Source: the human T2T-CHM13v2.0 reference genome, Homo sapiens
DNA: 64,000 nucleotides
NCBI RefSeq assembly: GCF_009914755.1
Contig: NC_060931.1
Reading direction: 5' to 3' (one strand)
Shown here: piece by piece, positions 39,897 through 55,940 of the stretch
Layout: each line of letters opens with the position of its first letter
Position numbering within the stretch: position 1 is the first letter of the stretch
Position numbers and translations under genes: made by a program
Notes under the pieces: model-generated
Databases searched by the model: none
Seen by the model: the letters and a program-made list of their open reading frames with translations, nothing else
Told to the model about the DNA's origin: nothing

Positions 39897-42193
39897 TGTT
39901 AGATATGATATAAAACTTGCTCCATCAAATACCTAAATGATTTAATCCCTTTTTTTTTCCCAAGTATTGGATAATGCTAAATGGCATAGAGTGAATTTGT
40001 CACTTAAAGTCTCTGTGAGATGCTCTTGTGAAAAAATTCTAACCTGGTTCTTTCTTGAAGAGAGAATCTCTTAGATAATTTTATTTACTCAATACGGTCA
40101 TTTATTTTTTCAGTTTCAACTTCCTATATTCTGATTTAGTTTCGAAGTTTATATTTTTATGAAATCATCTATTTTATCCATGTTCACTAATTTACGTCAT
40201 AAAGTGGAACAAAGAACTTTCAAACCTTTTTTATAATTTTTTCTATATCTGTGGCAACTTTCCACTTAACTACCTTTTTATTGTATACAATTTTCTTTTT
40301 TTCTATCTTGATTTAATTTCATCAACACTTTATATGTTTTCCTATTTTGTTATGTAAAGAAGGATTCTTGGTTTTATTCATTACTACAGTAATTTCATGG
40401 TTTTGAATTACTCAATTTTTGTTACTTTTATTGTATTTTATCACTCTTTGATTTATTTTGTGGTTTTAAAATTATTTTATATATTGGTTGTTCAATGATT
40501 TTATTTTCATTCTTTCATTTAACCTAACACAATTATTTTCTACTAGCATCTTTCTCTAGGAACTGCTTTAGTTCACTGACCTAGATTGTGATATAAGGAA
40601 TTTTCATTGTAATTATTTGCCTGCATATAAACCTTGAAATTGATTTTCACTTTAATAAAAGCTTAAGAGGGAAAGATTGTTTCTCCCACCCAAATAGGTA
40701 ATTATTAACTGTTGTCATTTTTTTAGATTAATTTTAGTATTATAATTTCTTATACTATGTTTTCTGTTCTATTTATGCTGGCTATAATTAGATTTTATAT
40801 TTTTTCTTTAAAATATTCCATGAGTACTTGGAAAAAAGAATGTGTTTTATATGTCTAGAGTAACCTTCAAAATATGGGCATCATTAAATAAATGAATTAT
40901 ATGTGCCTTATTAACTATATTATTAGGTATAGGAACTTTGTTCCTCTTGTTTAATTATAGACTGATAAAGGTACATTAGAGTTTACTAATATATTGAGTT
41001 TGTTCTTTTTTCTTGTGCTTTGTATCTATTTTGCTTTATGAACCACATAATGATCTTTTTGTTTTAATATGTGATATGATATAGCAGAATATTTGATCAT
41101 GTCTATCCCATTTTATTTTTTGTTTTATAGCATTTTTCCTTTCATTATATCATGTTTGTTATATTTTGTGTCAGTTTCCTGTCACTATTTGAGAGGTTAC
41201 TATTTTATTTCATCTTCCTCTTTATCTATAATGTTATGGAATATATTTAGCCAACTATTTAGGCAGTGTCCACTGATTTTCTACTAGGTGTAATAATAAA
41301 AAATAAATATTTTCTAATGTTTTCTCCGTATCCTCATTCTATTTACTTTCACGTATTTATAAGTATCATTTTACTTTTGGGTATCAGAGTTTATTTTACA
41401 CTTCTGCTAGAGTTTACTGAAAAATAATTTGCTGAAAAATAATTACCCATATATGTGCTATTTTATTAGCTTTAAATAATTTTTATGTGTGCGAAAAAAG
41501 AGGAAATAACATTACCTACCAAATTTTTCTTCTCCTTTCCTGACATCTCTCTCTATTTATATATTTTCCAGTTTAAAGGTTTATAGTAGTCACACGGTAA
41601 TTTGTAAACCTAAGCTCAATATCAACTTACTCGTAGCCACACATTGCTCTCGCCATAGTTTCAGCATCATCTCAGGGTTGTCTGAAGTTCAACCTCAAAT
41701 AGTGTGTTAAATAAAAGCTTATGAGCAATATGCCAGCAATATATTCCCTGAGTTATTGTAAATTCATAAAGATCTTGTACCTTTATATTTGAATGTATTT
41801 GGGTTTTGTATAAAGTCATTGAGCCATGTTTTCTTTTTCTTTCCCGGAGCACCCTGCAGGCATCGTCCAACTGTCTTTTAACAGTGAACATCCCTAGAGA
41901 CAATGCTGAAACCATTTTCATTTTCCTCTGTGAGTTCATCTTCTTGTGTGTTTGTACAATAGTTTTTATTTTCTTTTATATTTAAAGCCTAGTACATTTA
42001 TTAGGCTGTGTCTTACTGTGTGGGACTATTTATCTTTTTACTTTTCCTGATATTGAGTGTGACTCTATTCTCTGGATAATAAAATCTCTACTATTTAGTG
42101 AAGGTTTCCTCAAATTATATTTAAAAACATTTTTTCTTATATTATTTTGGTGATGTTCATCAAGGAAAACGTGATTTACCTACGGAAATCATG

Positions 42194-42342
42194 AGATATA
42201 CACATATACATGTATATATACACACACATACAACTACATACATGTGTACATTTACTGTATGTATATACACATATACGTACATATACACGCATATATATAT
42301 ATATACACACACACACAAACACACAAATGTACATATATATAA
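42194..42342. repeat. (TA/CA)-rich simple repeat
   Basis: Alternating purine-pyrimidine low complexity; explains ORFs 42176..42454, 42191..42373 and 42210..42398. Confidence 0.95.
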
Positions 42343-42349
42343 ATCTAGT

Positions 42350-42780
<431 letters not shown>

Positions 42781-44393
42781 TAATAATTGCTATTATTATT
42801 GATACTTTCTAATACATTGCTAATTTTCATTTCAATTTGTTCAGTTTTCCTAATACTAGGCACTCCATTATTAACGGTTTTCTGCTCTATCGTTTATCTT
42901 TTCTTTATGTTGCTTCCAGTGTGTCATTCCTTTATGGATTTGCATTTTTAAAAATTTTTATTAAAAGTATTATATGTTGCATTGTATTATTATGCTCTTG
43001 TTTTGCAGTACCATACGTGATTTCTTGTGTTTTATTCTGACCTTTGTTTCATAAAAGCGATTTTTGTTATTAAAATCCTTTTAATTTTTTTCATCATTTT
43101 TATGAATTATTTTAAAAATAATAGTTTTAGCTATCTCTTTGGCAATTTTACTTGTAGTAATTTTGCATTAATTTCATTGCGGTTTTTAAAATTTAATTGA
43201 ATTGGATTTCTCTGCCAGTATTTCCAACAGCTTTATTTTGGAAGGGCCTGAGTCATTTCCAAGATAATGAGATTTATTTTTATGAGAGGGTTGTGTGAGC
43301 GAGTTCTTTTGTCTCTTACTTTTCTCAGGCAACCGAAAGTACTGCTTCCAGTTCCGTCACTGCCCCATCCCAGTCACTGCCCCGAGCTCCATGACAAAAT
43401 GCAGCTCTCATAAATATTGCTCATCTGTATGACTGAAAACCCAATCAAGTCCTAGAAAGCTCCTTCTGCTATCCCAGGGACCTACTTTCAGTGCATGTAA
43501 ACAAAGTTGTATTAGTTTGCACCTTTGCTTGTACCCCTGTCTTTAAGAAATGTAAGCTGCTGCTCAGTGTAGCCTTGGGCCAGCTTATTGCATCTTCTTG
43601 GACACCTGTTTGACTCTCACTGCATTTGGGATTTCTTCCAATGAACTTGTGACATAAGGTTTCAGGTTCTTCCATAAGGTTTATCAAAGATGGAATTTAC
43701 ATTTTTATTTCTCATTCCTTCTAGAATTTTGGAGTAAATCCCGAGAAGAGATAAGGAAAAATACAAACAAGTTCACTCTGATAAAACCAGTTTTAAAATA
43801 TACTTTTATTATTTTTCAAATAGTAAGCTACATGGGATGCTATTAAAATTGTATTTGTAGAGTATTTGACTTAAAATAATACTTTATTCTTCAAATTAAG
43901 AAGATAACAGATACATCATTCTATTTGGCATTACGAGAAAGAATTAGTAAAAGTCACAGGACAAGAAGAAAAACCAGAAATAATTTCGCACTGATTTATT
44001 ATGTTTATATGTCCCCTTTTTCAGTTTAAAAGTAATGGTAATTTTAATGCATTCATTAATTTGTAGAAAATGAATTACAATAGATAGTCTATATTTATCA
44101 AAAATTAAATGTTTGTGTTTCAACTTGCAGGTCAAAATTATAGAGCACGGTTCTATGTTCCATATATCTTAGTGTATAAAATAACTCGAACATAAAAGCA
44201 ACATTCCCCCTTTATTCTTTTCATATTCTTCTAATACCTTAATTAGAATTAATTAATTCTAATTGTATTCAGAATTACATTCTAAATAAAATGAATATAA
44301 TAGTCCAAAAGATTAATTTTCTAAAATATGAATTAGTTATTTTGAAGTCAAATATTTCAAAATATAAAGATGTGGTTTTAAAAAAGACATATA

Positions 44394-44658
44394 GATTGGG
44401 CATGGTGGCTCTCACCTCTAATCCGAGTACTTTGGAAGGCCAAGGTGGGTGGCCTCAGCCTTCCAGCCTGGCCATCAGGGTGAAAGCATGTCTCTACCAA
44501 AAATACAAAAATTAGCCAGGTGTGGTGGCATGCGTCTGTAATCCAAGCTACTCAGGAGGCTGAGGCAAGAGGATCACTTGAACCTGTGGAGGCCAAGGTT
44601 GCAGTGAGCTGAAATCGTGCCACTGCACTTCAACCTGGGCTGTCTCAAAAAAAAAAAA

Positions 44659-44700
<42 letters not shown>
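44394..44700 (+). mobile_element. AluJ-like element with (TAAA)n tail
   Basis: gaggatcacttgaacc...ggaggccaagg J diagnostics; TSD aaaaagacatata (44381-93) / aaacagacatgta (44701-13). Confidence 0.9.
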
Positions 44701-44701
<1 letters not shown>

Positions 44702-44809
44702 AACAGACATGTAAATTATTAGTATGATACAGCTGGTGAAAAACTCATTTTATTTCCATGTGGTCTTGGATTTTTTGTTGTTTTTTTTTCTTTTATGCAG
44801 TGTTGTTTT

Positions 44810-46305
<1,496 letters not shown>

Positions 46306-47109
46306 TTATGCAGTGTTGTTTTAATGCAAGTGTTTGAGAATATTGATTTATAGCTACTAGCAAGATGTACATGTATAACTCACGTATGTGATCAATGTCA
46401 CTTACTCATTACAATGAAGCAACAATAAATCTTACAGGAAATGCTGGAGAGTAATATATATATTAAAGACACTCATCAATAAAAGTCACAAAATTTCTGC
46501 ATTTAGCAAAATATTTGTTAAACAACATTAAAAGAAAATTTGATCATATGTGAAGAACCGCATAATTTTCAAATTATGTATCTTCTGCAACCATATGAAA
46601 GAAAATACTATATAGAAAGAATATCAAAGGCAAGAAAACTTGAAAAAATATTTAAACACATTTCTCTAGCATAAATCTTGTTATGAATTGTAATAAGATT
46701 TTCAGCCTCCTACTTGTAGGGATATTTCATCTGTCAATACCTTAAACTTAAATTAAAAACATTGAAATATGAGGGCACATTATTTTGTTTAGAACTTTTA
46801 TAATATCTTGGACATGCTAACTTATAAAACTGGAAAAAAATATGAACTTAAGAGTTTAGTTAGCAAATATAATTTAATGATTTTTTCATGCTAAATGTTT
46901 AATATATTTTGCAATGTGTGAAATTGAAAGTCTTTATTTAGAAAAATATATTTTTAGAATACTTTATCTTTTGTTTATATTCAAGACACATGTATTCATG
47001 ATCTAAAATATATGAGGCACCATGACACCAGTGAGAATTGAAAGACAAAACAAATACCTGATATTTTTGTTAAACAATAAAATATGTTGTTAATAATTCC
47101 TAATTTCAA

Positions 47110-48890
47110 TGTCCTTTTCAATTGAGATATCACTCACCTGCAGTGAACTGCACTCATCTTAAATACACATTTTAATGCATTTCTACCTGTACTTTCACCC
47201 ATGAAATCATCTTCCAAATTAGGATGTAGAATTTCTTCAGCATCAGAGAACCCTCCTCCTTGCCCTGTTTAACAATCAATATCATACACATGCAACTTCT
47301 ATTTTGTTCTCTGTCAACCACAAATTAATTTTCCCTGATTGTGAACTTGCTCCTACTCTTGCCAACACACTTGATAAAAGTATAGTGAAGGTATATGAGT
47401 GTGCTATGGCTTAGTTACCATTACTCAACAAGTCACACATTGCTATCCCTTGCCTCATCACATCCCACTGTGGGAACTGGTGTTACCTCAGTCCCTTGAG
47501 GCTTTTGCCAAATGAAACAGGAGGTTGAAATTTTACAACTCTCCCTGACAAATCCTTCAGGTACTTTCAAGAAATTTGTTTTGCTGTCATAGCTTCTGAT
47601 ACTTTCTCTTCATTTTCTTTTTCCAGTTTGAGCTTAGACACTAAACAGAATTTATATTGAGTTTATACACTAAATAGAATATAACTTTTTGTGATTGTAT
47701 TACTGTCTTAAGAGGGATACGTAATAAGTATTTGTGGCTAGTCTGTCATGTTTATTGGAAAATTTACAATGTTGTTAAACATTATTCATCATATATATGG
47801 AGGTATAATGAACGTAGAGTAAAATTTCACCTTTCTAGAGTAAAAATTCTGAGTTTTTACACTCATATATTGCTGTGAAACCACTATTACAGTCAAGGTA
47901 CAGAACATTCTTAACCCCAAATTATCTCTTGCACCAACTTATAGCTAAACATACCCCAACTCCCAATCCTTGGCAACCTCTCATTAATTTATAAATTTAC
48001 TTTGTTCAGAATGTGATATAAATGTAATCACAGTCTTCTGGTTTGCACCATTTTTAATGAGAACATTTGGAATGTTTCCAACACAAAGAAATGACAAATG
48101 TTTGAGGAGTTTTTAATTCTTATCGCTATTCCTCTGATTGTAATGTGTCCTTATTCTATTACCAGTTTTATGATTTTTTCATTATTTTTGGGTTTACATA
48201 AACTTGAATATGATGCATATAGGTGTTTTCTATTTGTTTATTGTTTGTTTATTGCTCTTTGTCCTGCTTGGGAATCAATACATATAGTTAATGTTGAAGC
48301 TTACTGGTATTTTTGAACAATTATTGGTCATTCAGTTTTTTAAAATTTTTATTTTAGAAACTTTTATTTTATTTGTATTTTTTTTAATTTGAGACGTAAC
48401 ATTCTATGTTTTTATCATATACGACATGATGTTTTAAAGCATACATACATTGTGGATGATTAAATCTAGTTCATTAACAAATTCGTTACTTCATATAGTC
48501 ATCATTTTTGTGATAACACTCAACATCCACTGTCTTTATATTTTTCAAGAATACAATATGTCATTAACTATAGTCACCTTGCCATAAAATAGATTTGTTG
48601 AAATTTATTTCTCCCATTTTATCATTCAATCTTTAAATATTTGTTCTCTCTTTTTATTTCTCACCTTCTCCTTCTGGAATTTGCACATGTTACAGAGTTT
48701 GATATTTTCATCCAAATATTTGATTGACTGTTTCTTTTAAAATTATTTTTAAAAATTTCTCCATGTGTTTTAAATTGTGTGATTAATACTGACTAATCTT
48801 CAAGGTAACTGTTTTTTCCCTTGGCTATCTTTAGTGTACCTATGAGTCTGTCGAAAATATTCATCATCTCCTATTGGGTATACTATTTTC
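47110..48890 (-). mobile_element. Cluster of old L1M fragments including an L1MA8-like 3' end (48370-48615)
   Basis: ttcaattgagatatcactcac...; tttttcaagaatacaatatgtcattaactatagtcacc. Confidence 0.6.
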
Positions 48891-48895
48891 TAGTA

Positions 48896-49495
48896 CAGAC
48901 AGTCCTTGACTTACAATAATTTGACTTTCATTTTTTTTGACTTTATCATGGTGCAAAAGCAATATGCATTCAGTAGAAACCATACTTCAGATTCTGAATT
49001 TTGATCTTTTCTAGGCTAGCAATATGCAGTATGGTAATCACTCGATTCTGGGCAGCGGCAGCAAGCTGTGGCTCACAGTCAGTCATAAGATCATGATAGT
49101 AAACATCCAATATAAAGTACAATATCTCCCTGAAGCACGCCATCTCTGCTAACTCATCAACTATGATGCCTCAGTGCCTTCTATCAGCTCTTCTGAAGCC
49201 TCATCAGAAAAGAGAGAAATTGATGACCCTGCATCTGTAGCATCCCCATCATCCAGCAATTAATTTTAGTTTAACACTTAAAATGTTATTCAGGCCCAGT
49301 GTGCTTTCAGCTGTGTTTGTTAATAGTGAGTACACATGTAACCATTCTGTTTTTCACTTTCAGTACAGTATTCAATAAAATACATGAGATAGTCAGCACT
49401 TTATTATAAAATAGGCTTGTGTTAAATGATTTTGCCCAACTGTAAGTGAATGTACATGTTCTGAGTACATTTAGAAAGCCTAGGCTAAGTTATGG
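48896..49495. mobile_element. MER47-family (Tigger5-derived, TcMar) DNA transposon
   Basis: ta|cagacagtccttgacttac start; accattctgtttttcactttcagtacagtattcaataaa; gattttgcccaactgta. Confidence 0.8.
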
Positions 49496-49844
49496 TGGGT
49501 TTTCTGGTATCCATTGAAAGGTGAGGAGCATCTGTGCTTCCATTTGATCCAATTTCATACATATCAGCTTCTTGCTGAAATCCTGCCATCAGTTTATGCA
49601 GGTTGTCTACATTTTTACTAGGTTTTTAATCCTATTATTGATTGTTATTTTCAATTCCATGCCTTATAGTAACAATATTTAGCTTCTCTCTGAGTTTTAT
49701 CTATTGAATGCATTATATCTTGAAAGTGGGTTGATTTTTCTTTCTTTTATCAGTGACTCATAAACTTTGATTGTATGCCAGACATGTATAGGGTATATTT
49801 GAGATAGAAATAAACATATTTGTGCTTAGAACTGGGAGTGCCTC

Positions 49845-50290
49845 TTTCTTTTTCTTATTTTTTATTATTATACTTTAAGTTCTAAGGTACATGTGCACAA
49901 CGTGTAGGTTTGTTACATATGTATACATGTGCCATGTTGGTGTGATGCGCCCATTAACTCGTCATTTACATTAGATATATCTCCTAATGCTATCCCTCTC
50001 CCCTCCCACGACAGGCCCGGTGTGTGATGTTCCCCACCCTGTGTCCAAGTGTTCTCATTGTTCAATTCCCACCTATGAGTGAGAACATGCAGTGTTTGGT
50101 TTTCTGTCCTTGCGATAGTTTGCTCAGAATGATGGTTTCCAGCTTCATCTATGTCCCTACAAAGAACATGAACTCAACCTTTTTTATGGCTGCACAGTAT
50201 TCCATGGTGTATATGTGCCACATATTCTTAGTCCAGTCTATCATTGATGGACATTTGGGTTGGTTTCAAGTCTTTGCTATTGTGAATAGT
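49845..50290 (-). mobile_element. 5'-truncated L1PA5-like 3' end
   Basis: ttattatactttaagttct...cccattaactcgtcatttacatta...caagtctttgctattgtgaatagt. Confidence 0.93.
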
Positions 50291-51244
50291 TTCTCCTAGG
50301 TCAGTGGTTTATGCCATTCTAGTCAGAAGTTGAGATAACTTTAAATTTATTTTATTTTATTTTTTATTGCCATCTTCAAAGCACCTTTGAGTTCAAATTA
50401 TTGCAGTCTTACTCTAAACTGATTGCTTGAGGGGTTTTTTAAATCATTATTCTGCTCCATTCTCTACTCTCAGTTTCCTTTGTATGCTTATGTCTCAGAG
50501 AAAGTCTGTTTTGAAGATTTTTCTCCTCCCCTGCCATATGTTACTTGCTACTTACTAATCTGGTGGTGCTGTGAAAGAAGGAGTTGTGGCTGTCTGTTGC
50601 CTTAATCCACCCTAAGTCTTAGGCAAATATTGTGCCTCTGGATATCAGGGGTTCAATATTTTCCATAATCATGTCCCCCTTCTCCATGGGAGAAAAATTC
50701 TGCCTTAAAATATGTACAATAGGGAGTTTCCTTCTATTTTCCTAGTGGTAGGAGACCTCTATTGGCATTGTTTCCTGCCTCTGTCCTAGGGGTAGAGGTT
50801 TTTTCTCTCTTCCCTTCTAACAGTTGCATCAGGTCTTCACCCGTGCCTTGGGAGTGACAGAGTTTTCCTATTTTCTCTAGAAACACAAAGCTTTTGCTCC
50901 TCAGAGTGAGATTCTATGTGGGGCTTTATGCTTTTCCTACAGCTGTGGCTTCAAATGAATCAGGCTTTTTCTAATGCCTTATCATATGATTGTAAGAAGA
51001 ATGAAAATAACATATTTACCCAAAAACATCTCAAAGGAACACATGGTAGTATGTCAGATAGTTTGTACACAAGAAACTAGCTCCATGGCCTTAAATTTTT
51101 GTTTCAATATGGCTGTCTTGCTTAATGCAGTGAAAATCATTTCAAAGGAAGGGAAATCAGAAGAATCTATCCACTATTTTTAGGAATTTTCCCATCAAGC
51201 ACAGTCAACAGATACACTGAAAAGACAAATAATATATATATTCC

Positions 51245-51462
51245 TTAAAAGGAATAAGATCTAGTCTTAACAATAATCTATTGTGTATTTCAAAATATCT
51301 AGAAAAGAAGTATTTGAATGTTCGCAGCACAAAGAAAAGGTAAATGTTTGAGGTGATGGATTATTTTGTTAAACTATTTAATCATCATGCATTTTATAAA
51401 CACACCAAAATATCACATGCACCTCAACAATATGTTCATATATTATGTATTAGTACAAAAAT
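51245..51462 (+). mobile_element. L1MA 3'UTR fragment
   Basis: tttgaatgttcgcagcacaaagaaaaggtaaatgtttgaggtgatgga. Confidence 0.75.
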
Positions 51463-52379
51463 AGTATTTCATAAAATCACACACAGATTAGGTAAGTAAG
51501 ACTTATCATTGGGATAGATTGGATTCTTAGTGTTCAGAGAGAGAGAGAGAGAATATGAACATTTTAAGTATAAGATAAAGTAAAAGTAGCATTAAAGGCA
51601 TAAAGCACTTTTAGAGTGTTACAGATTCCAACATAGGTGAATATCAAATATGGTAAATAAATAATGAGAAGTAGTGCTTGGAAGAAAAGTTGTGGACCAA
51701 ATCATTCAGGACTTTTGTTTCACAGACAAATTATATCACTTTGCTATGTATCAAAACTGTTTGGAACAAACAGTCGAGGTGTTCTCTATACATAGAAAAT
51801 GCTGCTTTGCATCATATTGTCTTACTACCTTGATTTCAGCTGATCAAAACACAAATTAACAGCAATCTCCAAAGCAAGGTATTTACAGGCTCTTGGCTTT
51901 GATATGGCTTGGCCTGAGAGAACTGTCAAGCTTGTGTACTCTAAACTGTACGATGTCTGAAAATCTTGATCAATATCTCTCTGATATTTCTAATGTTAAT
52001 ATTCAGATAGAGAAAAAAGACCACAGTGTGGGGGAAGCATGCATGATATAGAGAAGATAGTGAACAGAATCAATGAGATGCAAAATAATTAAGAAAATAT
52101 AATCTGTATGGTAGAAAGAAAAGGAGATCAAATCAGTAGAGAGTGACTGGAAAACCAGGAACAAGTGAGAGATAAAATGAGAAGGCATAGACCCTAGACT
52201 GAAGGAAAACAGATACTTTATTCTAATGTGATAATTATGTTACTTTTGAGTCAACATAACTATAACTGGTGTATAGAGCTACTATTGATATCTTGAAGTC
52301 CATTAAATTTCCATCTGGGCTGGCAGCATAATGCCTGATATTATTTTGGAGTTTCTTTTCCTATTAAAGCAAATTTTAT

Positions 52380-52800
52380 TGTGGGTGGCTCCAAATCCAT
52401 ACTGAAAGCTTTCTTTTTACTGCATCACATGATAGAGAATGGAAAGCGAAATACCGTACTCACTTTTCCAGTCTTACAGCCAGTGAGGACAACAAAGCTT
52501 TGTTTTAATCTCTGAATTATAAGTGGAAATATGCTGCAAGGGCTTCTGGATGTTTTTTGTAGTTTAGATGAAAATAGCAAAATGCATCTGGAGAACATTT
52601 GCTACCTACTTTGTGCCATTAAGACAGAATTTTTGACATTACAATGGCCATCTTGGGCCCATAGAACTGTAAGCCAATATGCTAAGAATTGTAGAGCTGA
52701 AATGCAGATGAAAGCTGACTCTTTAATATTGTTGAGCTACTGAAACTATCATGAAATTTCTGCACTTTGACTTTTTAAAAAAATTAGTGTTGAAGAAATA
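52380..52800 (+). mobile_element. MLT1K/L-like LTR remnant
   Basis: ggccatcttgggcccat...aagccaatatgctaagaat...aatattgttgagctactgaa. Confidence 0.5.
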
Positions 52801-52839
52801 AAATATTATTCAAATCCAAATTCTAAATTCAATGATTCG

Positions 52840-55015
52840 TACTTCTAAAAAGAGTTGGAAATATAGATATTTCAGATAAATAAAAGCTAAGACATTATGT
52901 TACCAGTAAATCGCACTACAAAAAAAAGCTAAATAATGTTTTTTTTTTTTTTTTTCAGAATGAAGGAAAGTGATACTGGATAGATTCAAATTCAAAGAGA
53001 GATTGAGAGCACTAGAAATGGTAAATAATTGGACACATATAAAATTTGTGTGTAATTCATAGCAATATTTCTTTAAAAGGCAAGTAACTGTTTAAATAAA
53101 GAATAATAACATGGTAAGACAGAATTTATGACATAGATACAAATAAAAATTATGACTAAAATAAAAATAATAGTGGTTAGGTAAATGAAATTATATAACT
53201 TTATAACACTTAAATGGGAAATATGAAATGTGAAGTAATAAAATATTTCATTTAAATAAACTTTGATAATTCATGCATGCAAATCTTATCCAAAGCTACC
53301 AATCAATGTAATTAACAATTAACTTTCTAAAAATTAGCTATAGTTGTATAGGCTGGAAACAAACAACTATATTTTAAATGGCATTAAAATATTTAAACTA
53401 CTGAAGAATAAACATTTTAAAATGTGTCTAAAACCTGTATTTTGAAAACACAAAATATTTCTGAGAGGAATTTAGGAACCCTAAATAGATTATGATGTAT
53501 ACTAAGTTCATGAATAGAAAAAAAATTATTATTAAAGTAGCAAATTTCCCCCAATTGATCTATAGATTAAAATATCAAGGAAGTTGTTTTTCCTTTTTTG
53601 TACATACTGACACGCTAATTATATTATTTATATGGAAACTAAAGAACTTAGAAAGTCAAAACAGTATTTAAAAAGAAAATTTAATTGGAAGACTGACACT
53701 ATCATCTTTGAAGACTACTATAAAGCTATAGTAATCAGGAGACTGCAGTATGTTAAAAATATGGACACATAGGTAAATGATACAGAATAGAGGTTAGGAC
53801 TAGATTGGTATACATATGGGCCACTAATTTTTCAAGAAAGGTGCCAAGATAATTCAATAGAGAAAGAATAGTTTTTCCACCGAATGTTCCTGAAACGAGG
53901 TATCTGTATGTAAAATGTAAACATTGACCACTTATGTAATATTATAATTCAAAATTAAAAATGAATAGTATCCAAAAATATGAAAGTTAAAACCATAAAA
54001 AATAATTTTATGAGTAAACATTTAATAAACTTGAAGTAGACAAAGATTTATTGGAGAGAACACAAAAAGCACTAGCAACAGGTGAATTCATAAGGTGGAC
54101 TTAGTGACAAAGTATTTCCTTTTGAAAAGCGGCTGATACTGTAGGATAAATCTGTTTGAAACATAAATCTGTTAAAGAGCTTATATCTAGGATACATATA
54201 GATACTTTAACAAATACATAATAAAGAGGCAAACTTTTTTATAAGTGGACAAATGTCTCCAACAGACACTTTGTAAAATAAGATATATAGATTGCCAGCA
54301 AGATCAAGGAGAGGTGTTCAGCATAAAACAAGAGCTTAAAACTAAGACTACAATGAGAAATCATTTCACATTCACTAGAATTGCAAAAAATTAAAACCAG
54401 TCACACAAGGTATTGGCCAGAATATAAACTATTTGAACTTTCATACATAATTAAAGAATGACTTCAAAATATATTTTGTCATTTCCTGTAAAACCCTAAA
54501 ATTTTTTGGTATTTTTCCAAGATAAATAAAATCATGTCCAATGTTTTATATGTTCACCAATGACATATACAAATAGTTTTATTTGTAATAGTATCAAACT
54601 AAAAGAACACAAATGTATATAAACATGTAAGTGGAAAACAAACTACTTTATCAGAGAAAAGGAACACTTTTTTGCTACATTCTACAACATCCATGTCTTT
54701 CAAACATTGTGATGAGCAAAAGAAGCCAGAGACAAAATAAAAAAAAAAAAACATACTGTATAATCTCTTTTATATGAAATCCTGGGAAATATAAAAATAA
54801 GTTACTATGATAGAAATCAGGTTAGTTGTTGCCTGGCGTCAGGGTACGGGTGAGAATTTATTGAAAGAGGGGCATGAAGGAACTTTCTGCAGTGAGGGAT
54901 GTCTTTACTATCTTAATTGTGGTAATAGTTTAAAGGTGTTTACAGTTGCCATAACATTAAACTATGCAATTAAAATGTGGGCATATTAATTATGCAAATT
55001 ATACCTCAAAGAATT
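52840..55015 (+). mobile_element. Old L1M (MD/ME-like): ORF1 end, ORF2 3' part and 3'UTR
   Basis: gactactataaagctatagtaatcag; aaaggtgccaagataattcaat; gatagaaatcaggttagttgttgcct; aaattatacctcaa. Confidence 0.75.
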
Positions 55016-55185
55016 TATCCAAAATATTATAATCAGAAAGATAATTTGTTAATGATGTTTATATGTAGTGACGGTTAGGAAGTAGGGGTTAGACAGATTG
55101 AAGGCTGGTAGATCGATTAAGAGAGTATTGTCATAGCCTATACAAGAGGTATGGAAAACTTGTCAAGGAAAGCATAAATAAAACA

Positions 55186-55450
55186 CTCCCAGCACTTTAG
55201 GAGGCCAAGGCAGGCAGATCCCCTGAGGTCAGGAGTTCAAGATTAGCCTGGCCGATATGGTGAAACCCTGTCTCTACTAAAAACACAAAAATTAGCCGGG
55301 CGTGGTAGCATGCCTCTAATCCCAGCTACTTGGGAGTCTGGGGCAGGAGAATCACTTGAACCTGGGAGGTGGAGGTGGAGGTGAGCTGAGATCGTTCCTC
55401 TGTCTCAAAACAAAACAAAACAAAACAAAACAAAATAACAACAACAACAA
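55186..55450 (+). mobile_element. AluS, 5'-truncated, with right-arm deletion and (CAAAA)n tail
   Basis: tcccagcacttt...ctgaggtcaggagttcaaga; gagatcgttcc|tctgtctc lacks actccagcctgggcgacagag. Confidence 0.92.
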
Positions 55451-55593
55451 CTTACAAAGGGAAATATAATAAAATAATTGAGGAATTTAGTACTTTGCTT
55501 TTGTTGGACTTCTGAACTTGTAGAGTCAAATCTTTGAAATACGTAGCCACTATATTTTCTTGTTTGAAGTTATTATAATAATAGTATACTTTA

Positions 55594-55940
55594 TGCTATA
55601 GAATGTTTGTGTCCCATGAATTAAGAGACTGAAGCTTATCCCCAGTATGATAGCGTTTGAAGGTGGAGCATTTGGGAGGTAATTAGGTCATGAAAATAGA
55701 GCCCTTATGAATGGGATTTGTGCTCTTACCAGAAAAGACAAAAGAGACTATCTCTCTGTTTGTGCCATGTGAGGACACAGCAAGAAAATGTCTCTAAACC
55801 AGGAAGACAGCCCTCCCTAGACACTGGATATACTAGTCCCTTGATCTTTGACTACTTAATCCCTTAACTGTGAAAATTAATATTTGTTATTTAAACCACT
55901 CAGTCTATTGTGCTCTGTTAGAACAGTCTGGACTAAGACA
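55594..55940 (+). mobile_element. MLT1A/MST-type MaLR solo LTR
   Basis: tgctat...ggactaagaca termini; ttgggaggtaattaggtcatga; gccatgtgaggacacagcaaga. Confidence 0.85.

Noticed and set aside
39859-39935. Functional intron-containing tRNA-Ile gene
   Set aside because: No 3' exon, B box or acceptor-stem partner follows the anticodon.
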